A stretch of 64,000 nt of DNA, from assembly GCA_963663385.2 (NCBI GenBank), contig CAXXXD010000003.1:448001-512000 (forward strand), read 5' to 3'. The stretch comes from Oceanispirochaeta sp. GTDB taxonomy: Bacteria; Spirochaetota; Spirochaetia; DSM-2461. The position numbers and the translations under genes were made by a program. The notes under the pieces were generated by a model. That model was not told the origin of the DNA. It saw nothing but the letters and a program-made list of their open reading frames with translations, and ran no database searches. Below, piece by piece: positions 47,243-56,773 of this stretch. Each line of letters begins with the position of its first letter. The stretch's first letter is position 1.

Positions 47243-48457
47243 TGGGTCATTGATCCCGGATTTTGCATTGCCGGGAGGCAGAGTCCTTTCCCTGCCGATC
47301 TTGAGATCAATACAAATCGATATTGTCAGCAGGATAAACAGGAGCGGTATTACTCCAAAGGAGGCCCGCAGACCCCAGCGGTCACCAATCCATCCCATAA
47401 TCCAGCTTGTCAGGGCGAATCCGGGAATCCCCATGGCCGAAAGCAGAATAAACAGCATGGTGGATTCACCTTTAATTCTGTCTGCGGCATAGGACTGGAT
47501 ACTGGGCCAGAAACAGGCACAGGCCAGACCGGCCAGGAAGAGCAGAGGAAAGAGGGTCGTAAGGGAGTTAATACGGAAGAAGCCCAGACTGAATATCAAG
47601 CCGGCCAGAGCGGATATGAGGATCTGTTTATGCAGATTCTTCTGTTTAACCGATCCTCCGGCAATACGTCCTGTAATCATACCGCCTGCAAAGATGGCCG
47701 TACCGATGGCTCCGGCACGTGGTGCTGTACCGTAGTATATCTGTATATAACTGGCGCTCCAGAAGGTATAAGCTGCTTCCGCTCCGCCTCCGCAAACCAT
47801 AGCCAGTCCAAACACCCAGAAGTGTCTGTCTTTTAGAATATCCCTGGTATGATGGAGGGGATTCCCCTTGGGCGCAGGCGGGATCTGTCCGCTGCGATGG
47901 GCCTTAATACTGCTTCCCAGAAAAAACAGGGTAAAGAATAAACTGGTCAGGCTCAGTCCTATAAAGATATTCCGCCAGGAGACCTCCCATGTCAGAAGTT
48001 CTCCCACTATCAGTACGGTTGTTAAAACGCCCACTGAGAAAAACGCATTCACCACATTCAGATAGCCTCCGGAATCTTCCGGATGAAGATCCTGTACAAG
48101 GGGATTGATCAGGGCTTCAATTAATCCGCCTCCCAGTCCGACAAGGACCATGGCAAAAAGGATAAACAGGTAGGACGGCGCCAGGCTGTAGCAGAGTAGG
48201 CCTGCTGTCAGGGTTATTCCTCCCATATAGAGTACAAACGTTTTCCCCCAGCGCACTGCCGCCATCCCGCTGAAGAGCAGAATAGCCACCAGAAGGATGG
48301 CCCTGACCGCTTCTATAGTCCCCCCCTCGGTCAGATTGAGGTCCATTTCCCGGGAAAGAACCATCAGGCAGATGGGGGTGGCTACGGCGCTGGCTGCGTA
48401 AGTAATCAGGTAGGCGGAAGAGGCCCAGTCCATGGTAGTCATTTTTATCTTATTCAT
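47237..48457 (-). CDS. MFS transporter (FucP/NagP-like)
   Basis: About 12 TM segments; EALINPLVQDLHP, LNVVNAFFSVG; probable ATG 48457. Confidence 0.88.
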   Translation of the reverse strand: MNKIKMTTMDWASSAYLITYAASAVATPICLMVLSREMDLNLTEGGTIEAVRAILLVAILLFSGMAAVRWGKTFVLYMGGITLTAGLLCYSLAPSYLFILFAMVLVGLGGGLIEALINPLVQDLHPEDSGGYLNVVNAFFSVGVLTTVLIVGELLTWEVSWRNIFIGLSLTSLFFTLFFLGSSIKAHRSGQIPPAPKGNPLHHTRDILKDRHFWVFGLAMVCGGGAEAAYTFWSASYIQIYYGTAPRAGAIGTAIFAGGMITGRIAGGSVKQKNLHKQILISALAGLIFSLGFFRINSLTTLFPLLFLAGLACACFWPSIQSYAADRIKGESTMLFILLSAMGIPGFALTSWIMGWIGDRWGLRASFGVIPLLFILLTISICIDLKIGRERTLPPGNAKSGINDPL

Positions 48458-48520
48458 GAGGGTGATTGTAGAGCAGGCCCGGGAGGATTGCAAGAACAGA
48501 GTATTATTACCAGGGTTTTG

Positions 48521-49153
48521 CTACTTTTTGAAGTCGTGCATAATATGGGTGTTGAGAATGGATTCTATGAGGTTTTCTTCTCCATTTTCCATGGCTGAAA
48601 TCAGAACACTATGCTGTTTGATATACTCCTTCAGGGATTCGGATTCCAGTTTCTGATTAAGCCGGAGCAGCTGAATCCGGGCGTCCAGTTTTTCGAAAAT
48701 TTCAAAAAGACAGGTGTTGCCGCAGTTCTCTGCGATTTTTAGATGAAAGAGGCTGTCCATTTCGAAGGAACCGGCTTTGTCCTCTTTGGCATTTAAATCC
48801 AGACATTGATCGGAAATAGCCCTCAGTTCATCATAATATTCCCGGGCCGCATTACGGCTGAAAAGCTTTGCCGAAAGAATTTCCAGGTTGGTCCTGACTT
48901 CTCCGATCTCATGGGCTTCCTTTTCACTGATGATTACAACTTCCGCATAGCTGCGGGGTTTCAGGTATATCAGCCCGTAATCGCTCAACTTTTTAAGAGC
49001 TTCCCTGAGGGGGGTCCGACTGACACCGAAGAGTTTGCTCAGGGATGCTTCGGGGACCCGTTCTCCTCCTTTCAACTCTCCCGATAGAATCATGCGTTTA
49101 ATGTGGTCATACACCTGATCGGACAGGCTCTTTCTTGTGATTAATTCTTCCAT
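48521..49153 (-). CDS. GntR family regulator (FCD subfamily)
   Basis: LSDQVY..GVSRTPLREAL; FCD motif DSLFH..GN..H. Confidence 0.93.
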   Translation of the reverse strand: MEELITRKSLSDQVYDHIKRMILSGELKGGERVPEASLSKLFGVSRTPLREALKKLSDYGLIYLKPRSYAEVVIISEKEAHEIGEVRTNLEILSAKLFSRNAAREYYDELRAISDQCLDLNAKEDKAGSFEMDSLFHLKIAENCGNTCLFEIFEKLDARIQLLRLNQKLESESLKEYIKQHSVLISAMENGEENLIESILNTHIMHDFKK

Positions 49154-49157
49154 GTTA

Positions 49158-49192
49158 TTATTGTATACAATAAACCATTATTGTCAATAATG
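49158..49192 (-). promoter_or_regulatory. gntR promoter overlapped by palindromic operators
   Basis: Perfect TTATTGTATACAATAA (49158-49173) over TACAAT; CATTATTGTCAATAATG over TTGACA. Confidence 0.75.
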
Positions 49193-49257
49193 ATTTGTGT
49201 TTCTCCATGGGGAGCCCCCCCGATCAGGAGGCTCATGTAATATTTAATATCAATTGC

Positions 49258-50208
49258 TTATTTGGAAGCGGTATATATATCTTCGAACTTCTGCATATAT
49301 GCTTTGGCTTCAGGGGCTGCCAGGTGATTGGGAACAAGGAGAAACTTATTGATATATCCCTCTTTCCATTTGCCGGAAGCTGCAACCTTGGCAAATACGT
49401 CAGACCAGAAATCCACAGCTGCCTGGGGCATATCGGCAGGACCTACTATTCCCCTGTAGATCTGGAACTCTATATTGTATCCCAGTTCTCCGAAGGTTGG
49501 AGCATCAAAGGGGGCGGCAAAGCGGGAAGCGCTTGCTGTTACAACAGGAACCAGTTCTCCGCTGGCAACAAGGTCGAAAGAAGCGGCGGGTTTGGCGATT
49601 GCCAGGTCAATATGAGCTCCCAGAAGCTGGGTCAGGGCTTCTCCGGTCGAGTCTGATCTCAGGTATTCCAGATCACCGCCGATTTCAGAAACCATGGCAT
49701 TATAAATCGCCTCATCGTCAGATTTGGAACCTCCGATGATAAATCTCTTTCCGCCTTTGATGGCTGTGATAATCTCTTCCATGGATTTGTAGGGAGAGTC
49801 ATGGTTTACCAGGAGGATCTGCCCGTCCAGTGCCATTACAGCCAGGGGAGTCAGGCCGTCCAGGTCTCCGCCTTCCATTTTTACGAGGGGTTCCAGGTCA
49901 CCTGAATTGAAGGTCAGAAGAGTATGGGATTCATTTTTCATCATACTCACAGCTCTTCTACCCACGGCTCCGCCGCCATCGGTTTTATAGTTGATGATAA
50001 TATCCTTGTCTACAAGGTTTTCTTCATTAATGATTTCTACAATAGTCTGTGTAAAAATAGAGGATCCGCCTCCGGCACTGGATGTTACTACCCATTCAAC
50101 ACCTTTGGTGGGACTCCAGGGGCCATCGGAAGATTCCTTTTGACCTTCAGCAAAAACAGCTGAAGCAAGGAAAGCGGTCATAAGCAGAATAGTCATAATT
50201 TTTTTCAT
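49258..50208 (-). CDS. tctC: Tripartite tricarboxylate transporter solute-binding protein
   Basis: Signal peptide, SAGGGS, GGGAVG, APTFGELGY, RGIVGP. Confidence 0.9.
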   Translation of the reverse strand: MKKIMTILLMTAFLASAVFAEGQKESSDGPWSPTKGVEWVVTSSAGGGSSIFTQTIVEIINEENLVDKDIIINYKTDGGGAVGRRAVSMMKNESHTLLTFNSGDLEPLVKMEGGDLDGLTPLAVMALDGQILLVNHDSPYKSMEEIITAIKGGKRFIIGGSKSDDEAIYNAMVSEIGGDLEYLRSDSTGEALTQLLGAHIDLAIAKPAASFDLVASGELVPVVTASASRFAAPFDAPTFGELGYNIEFQIYRGIVGPADMPQAAVDFWSDVFAKVAASGKWKEGYINKFLLVPNHLAAPEAKAYMQKFEDIYTASK

Positions 50209-50223
50209 TTTAAGCTCCTTTCA

Positions 50224-51732
50224 TTAAGCTTTTTTGGTTTTTCTATATTTTCCGAATACCGCGCGAATAATCGGAGAACATACAGTAAGAATAAGAAACG
50301 CCATCAGCACTGCTGATATGGGTCTCTGAAAGAATATCCAGGGGCTTCCATCAGATATAAGGAAGGACCTCCGGAAATCCCTTTCCAGCGTGGGTGCCAG
50401 AACAAATGCCAGAAGAAGAGGCGCTATCGGGTAGCCGTTTTTTTTCATGACAAATCCGAGGATACCCGAGGCCAGCATCAAACCGACTCCGTAGAGGGAG
50501 TTGCTGGCGCTGTAGGACCCCATGATACAGACAACAGTAATAATAGGGATCATCACTTTAGTCGGAACTTTCAGTATCCTGATCAGAGAAGGGATTATTG
50601 CCAGCGCAACTCCCAGAGTGATGATATTGGCCAGATACAGGGAGGCTATGAGTCCCCAGGTAAATTCCGGCTCATTCTGGAAGAGGAGCGGTCCGGGAGT
50701 AAGGCCGTACATCAGAAGACCGCCCAGGAGGACAGCTCCGGTTCCGGAACCGGGAATTCCCAGAGAGAGTAGAGGAGCGAAAGCTCCGGCCGCTGCCGAG
50801 TTGTTGGCTGCTTCCGCCGCTGCAACGCCTTCTATAACTCCTGTCCCCATAAGGTCTTTCTTCCTGCCCACCCTCTTTTCCAGCATATATCCGAGGAAGG
50901 AACCTGTAGTGGCACCGGCTCCGGGCAGGACCCCGATGAAGGTTCCCAGAAAGCTGGATCTGAGTGAGGGACCGAGAATCCGTTTGAACTCCCCTTTACT
51001 GAGAGTACTGTCTTTCAGGGAGAGCTTTTTCTGCTCGAATTCGGTCACTTTATTTCTGGTTTCCATCATCTCAATAACCTGTGAAAATCCGAATGCTCCT
51101 ATAACGAGGGGAATAAAACTGATACCTCCCAAAAGGTGAAGAGAGCCGAAATCGTAGCGGGGAGTACCCACGACAATATCAAATCCGATAGTAGCCAGTA
51201 CTATGCCGATCATAGTGGCGACGAGTCCCTTAGTGGGATTACCTCCCAGAAGCCATCCCAGTGAGGTCATGGCAACCATAAGGAGAGCTGCCATTTCTAC
51301 AGGTCCGAACTTCAGACCGATCCTTGCCAGACCGGGACCGATTATTGTCAGGATGATGATTCCGATGGTTCCGCCTATAAAGGAAGCTAAATTCGATGCA
51401 AAAAGGGCTTTTCCGGGCTTTCCTTTCTGGGCCAGAGGGTAGCCGTCCAGGGCTGTCATGACAGCGGGGCTGTCACCGGGGATATTTATCAGAATAGCGC
51501 TGTAGGATCCGCCGTACATATTGGCATAGTATATGGCGGACAGCATTATGATTCCCGTAACAGGATTGAATTTGAAGGTCAGAGGGAGAAGCAGGGCTAC
51601 TCCGGCCAGGGAACCGATACCGGGCATGGCACCCACGGCAAGGCCGAGAAGAGCGCCGACAGCCGCCGCAAGAAGGTTTTGAAACGAGAGGGCTATCTGA
51701 AACCCCTGTAAAAGTAATTGTAATGTTTCCAT
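50224..51732 (-). CDS. tctA: Tripartite tricarboxylate transporter permease
   Basis: GAMPGIG, YGGSYSAILINIPG, EAANN, LSLGIPGS, GLTPGPLLF. Confidence 0.95.
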   Translation of the reverse strand: METLQLLLQGFQIALSFQNLLAAAVGALLGLAVGAMPGIGSLAGVALLLPLTFKFNPVTGIIMLSAIYYANMYGGSYSAILINIPGDSPAVMTALDGYPLAQKGKPGKALFASNLASFIGGTIGIIILTIIGPGLARIGLKFGPVEMAALLMVAMTSLGWLLGGNPTKGLVATMIGIVLATIGFDIVVGTPRYDFGSLHLLGGISFIPLVIGAFGFSQVIEMMETRNKVTEFEQKKLSLKDSTLSKGEFKRILGPSLRSSFLGTFIGVLPGAGATTGSFLGYMLEKRVGRKKDLMGTGVIEGVAAAEAANNSAAAGAFAPLLSLGIPGSGTGAVLLGGLLMYGLTPGPLLFQNEPEFTWGLIASLYLANIITLGVALAIIPSLIRILKVPTKVMIPIITVVCIMGSYSASNSLYGVGLMLASGILGFVMKKNGYPIAPLLLAFVLAPTLERDFRRSFLISDGSPWIFFQRPISAVLMAFLILTVCSPIIRAVFGKYRKTKKA

Positions 51733-51737
51733 AAATC

Positions 51738-52187
51738 TCAACCTGTTATTGCGTTATAGATTAAGCCCGCCGGAAAGGGGACTCTGAGCCAGAGGACAAA
51801 TATCCCATAGAGGGAAAGGACCGTAATGGTCCCGGTCACAAGGGAAAATCTCAGGCTGTATTTTTCAAACCATTTCAACCAGCCGAATACAAAAAGCATT
51901 AATGCCGGAAAAAAACCGATAATCATGGCTGCGATGATTATTCCCGTTGCAGCCAGAAGCGGGTAGATATGCTCACGGAAGTATCCGGGGGAATCTTTCC
52001 CTCTTTCATCCAGAATCGCAAGTATGCTGATACCGGACAGAATCAGTCCTATGATGGATGGAAAGAAACCGCTGGCAGGACCGTTGTCACTCCACCATCC
52101 GTATTTCGTGATTCCAAGAACTACCCAGACAATTCCCGTAACGAATGTCAATGCGGGTAGAATCATTCTGGAATTTATTTTCTTCAT
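51738..52187 (-). CDS. tctB: Tripartite tricarboxylate transporter small subunit
   Basis: GPASGFFP, 4 TM segments, LRVPFP. Confidence 0.88.
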   Translation of the reverse strand: MKKINSRMILPALTFVTGIVWVVLGITKYGWWSDNGPASGFFPSIIGLILSGISILAILDERGKDSPGYFREHIYPLLAATGIIIAAMIIGFFPALMLFVFGWLKWFEKYSLRFSLVTGTITVLSLYGIFVLWLRVPFPAGLIYNAITG

Positions 52188-52240
52188 CAAATCTCCTTGT
52201 GCAGAGCATTAGAAATTCCGGCTGATATTTTGATAGTGTA

Positions 52241-52314
52241 TTGTATACCATATCCAAAATACACCTGAAGTATAGCCCTGCTTTTTTCAGCTGTCAAGTA
52301 AAAATTGTATACCA
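52241..52314 (-). promoter_or_regulatory. tctBAC promoter flanked by two TTGTATACCA operators
   Basis: Minus strand TTGACA-17-TATACT (52297-52269); boxes at 52241-52250 and 52305-52314. Confidence 0.75.
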
Positions 52315-52576
52315 TTGGAAGAATTTTTTTAAGGTACAAAAAAGGCTGTATGAAAAATAAGTCAAAGAATCGCCTAAACATTATAAAATAAGTCTCCTAT
52401 TAAGGATAACTTAGGATTAATAATTTTTATATGTTTGCAATATAAGGAAATACTGGTTGGTAGCGAATGACCTTGAAATGGAGGAGTACAGGGTTGCCAG
52501 GGGGGTGAATAATCTTTTTCAAGGTATTGTTCTGGTCTCATTGAGTCTGTGGAGTGATGGCTTCTCCAAAAAAGTA

Positions 52577-52606
52577 TTGACAATAAGTTAAAATAGTATA
52601 CAATGT
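52577..52606 (+). promoter_or_regulatory. Catabolic operon promoter with operator-like overlap
   Basis: TTGACA-18-TACAAT; TAGTATATACAA over the -10. Confidence 0.65.
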
Positions 52607-52700
52607 GCAATGTGAGTGTAGGTAAGAGAATTCCGGCAGAATTCAAATAGAATCATACGGAGACAGTCCGGATTGTCCGTTCTGTCAGGGAGTAAATTAT

Positions 52701-53687
52701 ATGAACAGGAAAATAGCATTCATGATCGGCGATCCCGCGGGCATAGGCCCCGAGATAACCGCCAAATGTCTGAGCGCCTACAAACCCCATTCAGGTATTT
52801 CCATTCTTCTGGTGGGAGACAGGAAGAGTTTTGACAGGGCTTTGGGCATTACAGGAATTTCCCTTTCCTTTGAAGAAGTTGATAAAGCCGGAATCGTGAA
52901 GAATGACGCGCCTCTCCAGTTTCTGGATATTCCGGTTGAAAGGGGAGAGGAAATCCCTTTTGGAGAAGTTTCCGCAGAAGCGGGCGCCATGGTGTACAAA
53001 TCGCTGAAGACGATACTGGCTCTGGTGGATGATGATCTGGTGCAGGGATTTGTTTTTGCTCCTTTTAACAAGGAAGCCCTGAAAAAGGGCGGATGTCCTT
53101 TCAGCAGTGAGCTGGAAATGTATAAAGCTCACTTCAACCGCCCCGATGTGAATGGTGAAATCAACTACCTGGAACCTTTCTGGGCTAACCGGGTGACCAG
53201 CCATATCGCGGTCAAGGACATTCCCTCCTTCATAAAAAAAGACCGGATACTGGAAACGATCTCTTTTCTTGATACGGAAATGGAACGGTTCGGTGTGGAA
53301 GAAAGAAAAATTGCTGTGGCAGCTCTTAATCCCCATGGGGGAGAGAAGGGGCTGTTCGGAACGGAAGAGATAGATGAAATACGTCCTGCCGTGGAGGAAG
53401 CCCGGAAATCCGGAATATCGGTAGATGGGCCTTTTCCGGCTGATACTATCTTTCTGAAGGTTCGGAAAGGGGAGTATAACGCTGTGGTTTCCATGTATCA
53501 CGATCAGGGCCAGGTGGCAACCAAACTGATCGGGTTTGATAAGGGTGTGACTGTACACGGGGGAATGCCTGTTGCCATAGCAACCTGTGCACACGGCACG
53601 GCATTCGATATTGCCGGAACGGGCAAGGCCGATGCCAACGCCCTTATGCAGGCTTTGAAACTGGTCCTTTCATCAGTTATTGAGTAA
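52701..53687 (+). CDS. PdxA-family dehydrogenase (PdxA2-like)
   Basis: GDPAGIGPE, NKEAL, ALNPHGGE, GPFPADT, MYHDQG, HGTAFDIAG. Confidence 0.92.
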   Translation: MNRKIAFMIGDPAGIGPEITAKCLSAYKPHSGISILLVGDRKSFDRALGITGISLSFEEVDKAGIVKNDAPLQFLDIPVERGEEIPFGEVSAEAGAMVYKSLKTILALVDDDLVQGFVFAPFNKEALKKGGCPFSSELEMYKAHFNRPDVNGEINYLEPFWANRVTSHIAVKDIPSFIKKDRILETISFLDTEMERFGVEERKIAVAALNPHGGEKGLFGTEEIDEIRPAVEEARKSGISVDGPFPADTIFLKVRKGEYNAVVSMYHDQGQVATKLIGFDKGVTVHGGMPVAIATCAHGTAFDIAGTGKADANALMQALKLVLSSVIE

Positions 53688-53698
53688 AGGGGGACCAT

Positions 53699-54505
53699 AT
53701 GGCTATAAAACTCGCACTGGCCGTGGCTCCCGAAAATGCCCTGATGTCAGCTTTCGTGGTTTTCAGGGACAGACTCGATGTGAGCCTGAAGAAGGCGGCA
53801 GAACTGGGATATGACGGGGTTGAACTGGCTCTGCTCAGAAAAGACCAGGTCAATCTGACCGAAGTTAAAAGAATTCTGAAGGAAACCGGACTGGAAATCC
53901 CTATGGTTTCCACCGGACAGATTTTTGCAGATACGGGAGTGAATTTCACCCATCCCGATAGGGACAAAAGAGAGAAAGCCCTTTCGGATTTTATGGGGCT
54001 TATGGAAGTGGCTGCTGAACTGGGAAGCCTGATCAACATAGGGCGGCTCAGAGGGGAACTGCATGAAGGCAGTCCTTCGGAAGAGTATTTCATGGATTGT
54101 ATGGCTAAAGCGATGGACCGGGCGGATGAACTGGGTGTCTCTGTGGTGCTTGAACCGGTCAACCGCTATGAAATTAATTTTCTCAATACCTGTGAGCAGT
54201 GTGCTGATGTCATCCGTACACTGGGAAGAAAAAATCTGGGTATGATGCCCGATGTGTTTCATATGAATATTGAGGATCCCTCCATAGAAGGTTCCCTCTG
54301 GAAATATGCGGAACATGCAAAGTATATCCACCTGGCCGACTCCAACAGATGGGCTCCCGGACGGGGGCATCTGAATTTCCAGAGCATTATCTCCACATTG
54401 AAACAGATCGGGTATGAGGGGTGGGTCTCTGCCGAAATCCTGCCTTTCCCGGATCCGGATGTAGCCGCCTATGAGGCTGTTAATACCATCCGGAAGTATC
54501 TGTAG
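53699..54505 (+). CDS. Sugar (phosphate) isomerase/epimerase, 5-keto-L-gluconate epimerase (IolO)-like
   Basis: GYDGVEL, LEPVNRYE, DVFHMNIE, HLADSNRWAPG.GH, SAEILP. Confidence 0.85.
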   Translation: MAIKLALAVAPENALMSAFVVFRDRLDVSLKKAAELGYDGVELALLRKDQVNLTEVKRILKETGLEIPMVSTGQIFADTGVNFTHPDRDKREKALSDFMGLMEVAAELGSLINIGRLRGELHEGSPSEEYFMDCMAKAMDRADELGVSVVLEPVNRYEINFLNTCEQCADVIRTLGRKNLGMMPDVFHMNIEDPSIEGSLWKYAEHAKYIHLADSNRWAPGRGHLNFQSIISTLKQIGYEGWVSAEILPFPDPDVAAYEAVNTIRKYL

Positions 54506-54516
54506 AGGAGAAGATC

Positions 54517-54903
54517 ATGAAATTTTCTGCAGAACACTGGGGGATCATGGCTGAAGATCCGGCAAAACTTGCTTCCTGGTATCGTAATGTTCTCGGTTTT
54601 GAGCATCTGTTCGTTCCCGAGGGGAAAAAGTTTCCTGTTTTTATCAAAGATGGTAACGGTCTCATTATTGAATTCTTTCCCATGAATCCGGAAATTATTA
54701 AGCCCGATGATCAGGTAAGGAAGATGCAGCATCTCAGCCTCTCTGTTACGGATTTTGAAGAAGCAGTGAACTACCTGAAAGAGCAGGGAGTGGAATTCCG
54801 GGAACAGGTCATCAATCTGTTCATGGATGCCAGGGCGCTTTTCTTTCAGGATCCTGAAGGGAACTGGATTCACCTTATCCACAGGCCCGTAATGCCCTGG
54901 TAA
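54517..54903 (+). CDS. VOC/glyoxalase family protein
   Basis: EHWGI, WYRNVLGF, QHLSL, FFQDPEGN. Confidence 0.88.
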   Translation: MKFSAEHWGIMAEDPAKLASWYRNVLGFEHLFVPEGKKFPVFIKDGNGLIIEFFPMNPEIIKPDDQVRKMQHLSLSVTDFEEAVNYLKEQGVEFREQVINLFMDARALFFQDPEGNWIHLIHRPVMPW

Positions 54904-54924
54904 ATTATATTTTTGGAGTAATCT

Positions 54925-55776
54925 ATGAAAAAACTAACAGCGGAAGAGCTGCAGAACCTGGCTCAGAAATTCCGCATAGATATTATAAAAACACTGCACG
55001 AAAAAGGATCCGGTCACTGGGGCGGTTCTTCTTCAGTCGCCGATATTCTGACAACTCTGTACTTTGACAGAATCAATGTAGATCCCGATAACCCGGATTG
55101 GGACGAACGGGACAGAATCGTCTTGAGTAAAGGCCATGCCGCCCCGATCCTCTACCGGGTTCTGCAGGAAAAAGGATTTTTCCGGGAGGGACAGAACATC
55201 TCTCAACTGCGGGATATCAACAGTCCTCTGCAGGGACACCCCTGTATGCGGAAAACCCCCGGAGTCGATATGTCAACCGGAGCACTGGGACACGGCCTTT
55301 CCGTTGGTCTGGGGATGAGCCTGATGGCTGAAAAAGCAGCCAACCCCTGGTGGACCTATGTTATCGTGGGCGAAGGCTGCCTTCAGGAAGGTACGAGCTG
55401 GGAAGCTATTATGGCTGCGGGCAAGTTCGCTCCTACCCGTCTGTGTCTGATTGTTGACTATAACAAGGTTCAGCTGGACGGCACCTGCGATGAGATTATG
55501 CCGATGGATCCTCTGGCCGACAAGTTCAGAGCCTTCAACTGGAATGTCGCAGAAACATCCTATAACGGACATGATGTTAATGAGATCCGGAAGTCCTTTG
55601 CCTGGCTTGATGAGCAGAAAACCGGTCCTTCGGTTATCATTTACGATACGGTTAAAGGAAAGGGGGTTTCCTTTATGGAGAACACCAATACCTGGCATGG
55701 CGCTCCTGTACAGGACGAACACCTAGAAAAGGCTCTTCCCGAACTGGAAGCGATCCTGAAAGAGAAGGGGGAGTAA
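54925..55776 (+). CDS. Split transketolase, N-terminal (TPP-binding) subunit
   Basis: SGHWGGS, DRIVLSKGHA, LQGHP, STGALGHG, GEGCLQEG (variant of GDGE), KGKGVSFME. Confidence 0.93.
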   Translation: MKKLTAEELQNLAQKFRIDIIKTLHEKGSGHWGGSSSVADILTTLYFDRINVDPDNPDWDERDRIVLSKGHAAPILYRVLQEKGFFREGQNISQLRDINSPLQGHPCMRKTPGVDMSTGALGHGLSVGLGMSLMAEKAANPWWTYVIVGEGCLQEGTSWEAIMAAGKFAPTRLCLIVDYNKVQLDGTCDEIMPMDPLADKFRAFNWNVAETSYNGHDVNEIRKSFAWLDEQKTGPSVIIYDTVKGKGVSFMENTNTWHGAPVQDEHLEKALPELEAILKEKGE

Positions 55777-55778
55777 GC

Positions 55779-56705
55779 ATGAGCAAAGCAATGAGAGAAG
55801 CCCTTGGAGAGGCACTCGTTAAAATAGGAAAAACCAACGATAAGCTTATGGTTCTGGATGCGGATGTATCCAGCAGTACAAAAACCGGACTGTTCGGCAA
55901 GGCATTTCCCGATCGTTTTTTCAATATGGGGGTAGCGGAAGCCAATATGGCCGGAACAGCCGCGGGTATGGCTGCCTGCGGTTACCGTCCGGTAATCAGC
56001 GCCTTCGCTATCTTTCTGGCCCTGAAGTCTACCGATCAGATCCGGAATGTCATCAGCTATAATAATCTTCCTGTCATTATCGCCGGCGGGTATGCCGGTT
56101 TGTCCGACTCATTTGACGGCGCCAGCCATCAGGCTCTTACGGATATTGCCATAATGCGGGCCTTTCCCAATATGACAGTAATAGTACCCGCCGATGCGCA
56201 GCAGGTTGAAGAAGCTGTGGAAGAAGCCCTGAAAATTGACGGTCCCGTTTATCTCCGGCTCTGCCGCAACCCCACACCCGAAGTAGCCGGGAAAAAGCCT
56301 CTGAAAATCGGGAAAGCCGATCTACTGGCAGAAGGGGCGGATGTAACCATTACAGCCTGTGGCGTTACCGTACCCATGGCTCTGGAAGCAGCCGAGGCTC
56401 TGAAAAAAGAAGGAGTAACAGCGGATGTGATAAATATGGCTACGATTAAACCCCTGGACCGTGATGCGGTGATCAGATCGGTTAAAAAAACCGGCTGCCT
56501 CCTCTCTGTTGAAGAGCACTCTGTCATGGGTGGTCTGGGAAGCGCTGTCAGTGAAGTTCTTGCAAGGGAGTATCCCGTACCCATGGATTTTGTGGGAGTG
56601 GACGATACCTTCACCGAATCGGGTCCCTATAACGAACTGATGGCAAAATACGGCGTCAGTGTGGAAGCTATCTGCAGCAAGGCAAAGGCTCTGGCTGCAA
56701 GATAA
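55779..56705 (+). CDS. Split transketolase, C-terminal subunit
   Basis: LDADV, GVAEANM, DGASHQ, GPVYLR, TIKPLD, VEEH. Confidence 0.93.
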   Translation: MSKAMREALGEALVKIGKTNDKLMVLDADVSSSTKTGLFGKAFPDRFFNMGVAEANMAGTAAGMAACGYRPVISAFAIFLALKSTDQIRNVISYNNLPVIIAGGYAGLSDSFDGASHQALTDIAIMRAFPNMTVIVPADAQQVEEAVEEALKIDGPVYLRLCRNPTPEVAGKKPLKIGKADLLAEGADVTITACGVTVPMALEAAEALKKEGVTADVINMATIKPLDRDAVIRSVKKTGCLLSVEEHSVMGGLGSAVSEVLAREYPVPMDFVGVDDTFTESGPYNELMAKYGVSVEAICSKAKALAAR

Positions 56706-56773
56706 ATCAAAACAGAAAAACAGCAGAGTGTTACCGCAGGGAATGCTCTAAAGCTGTAAAAACAGGAATTGAG

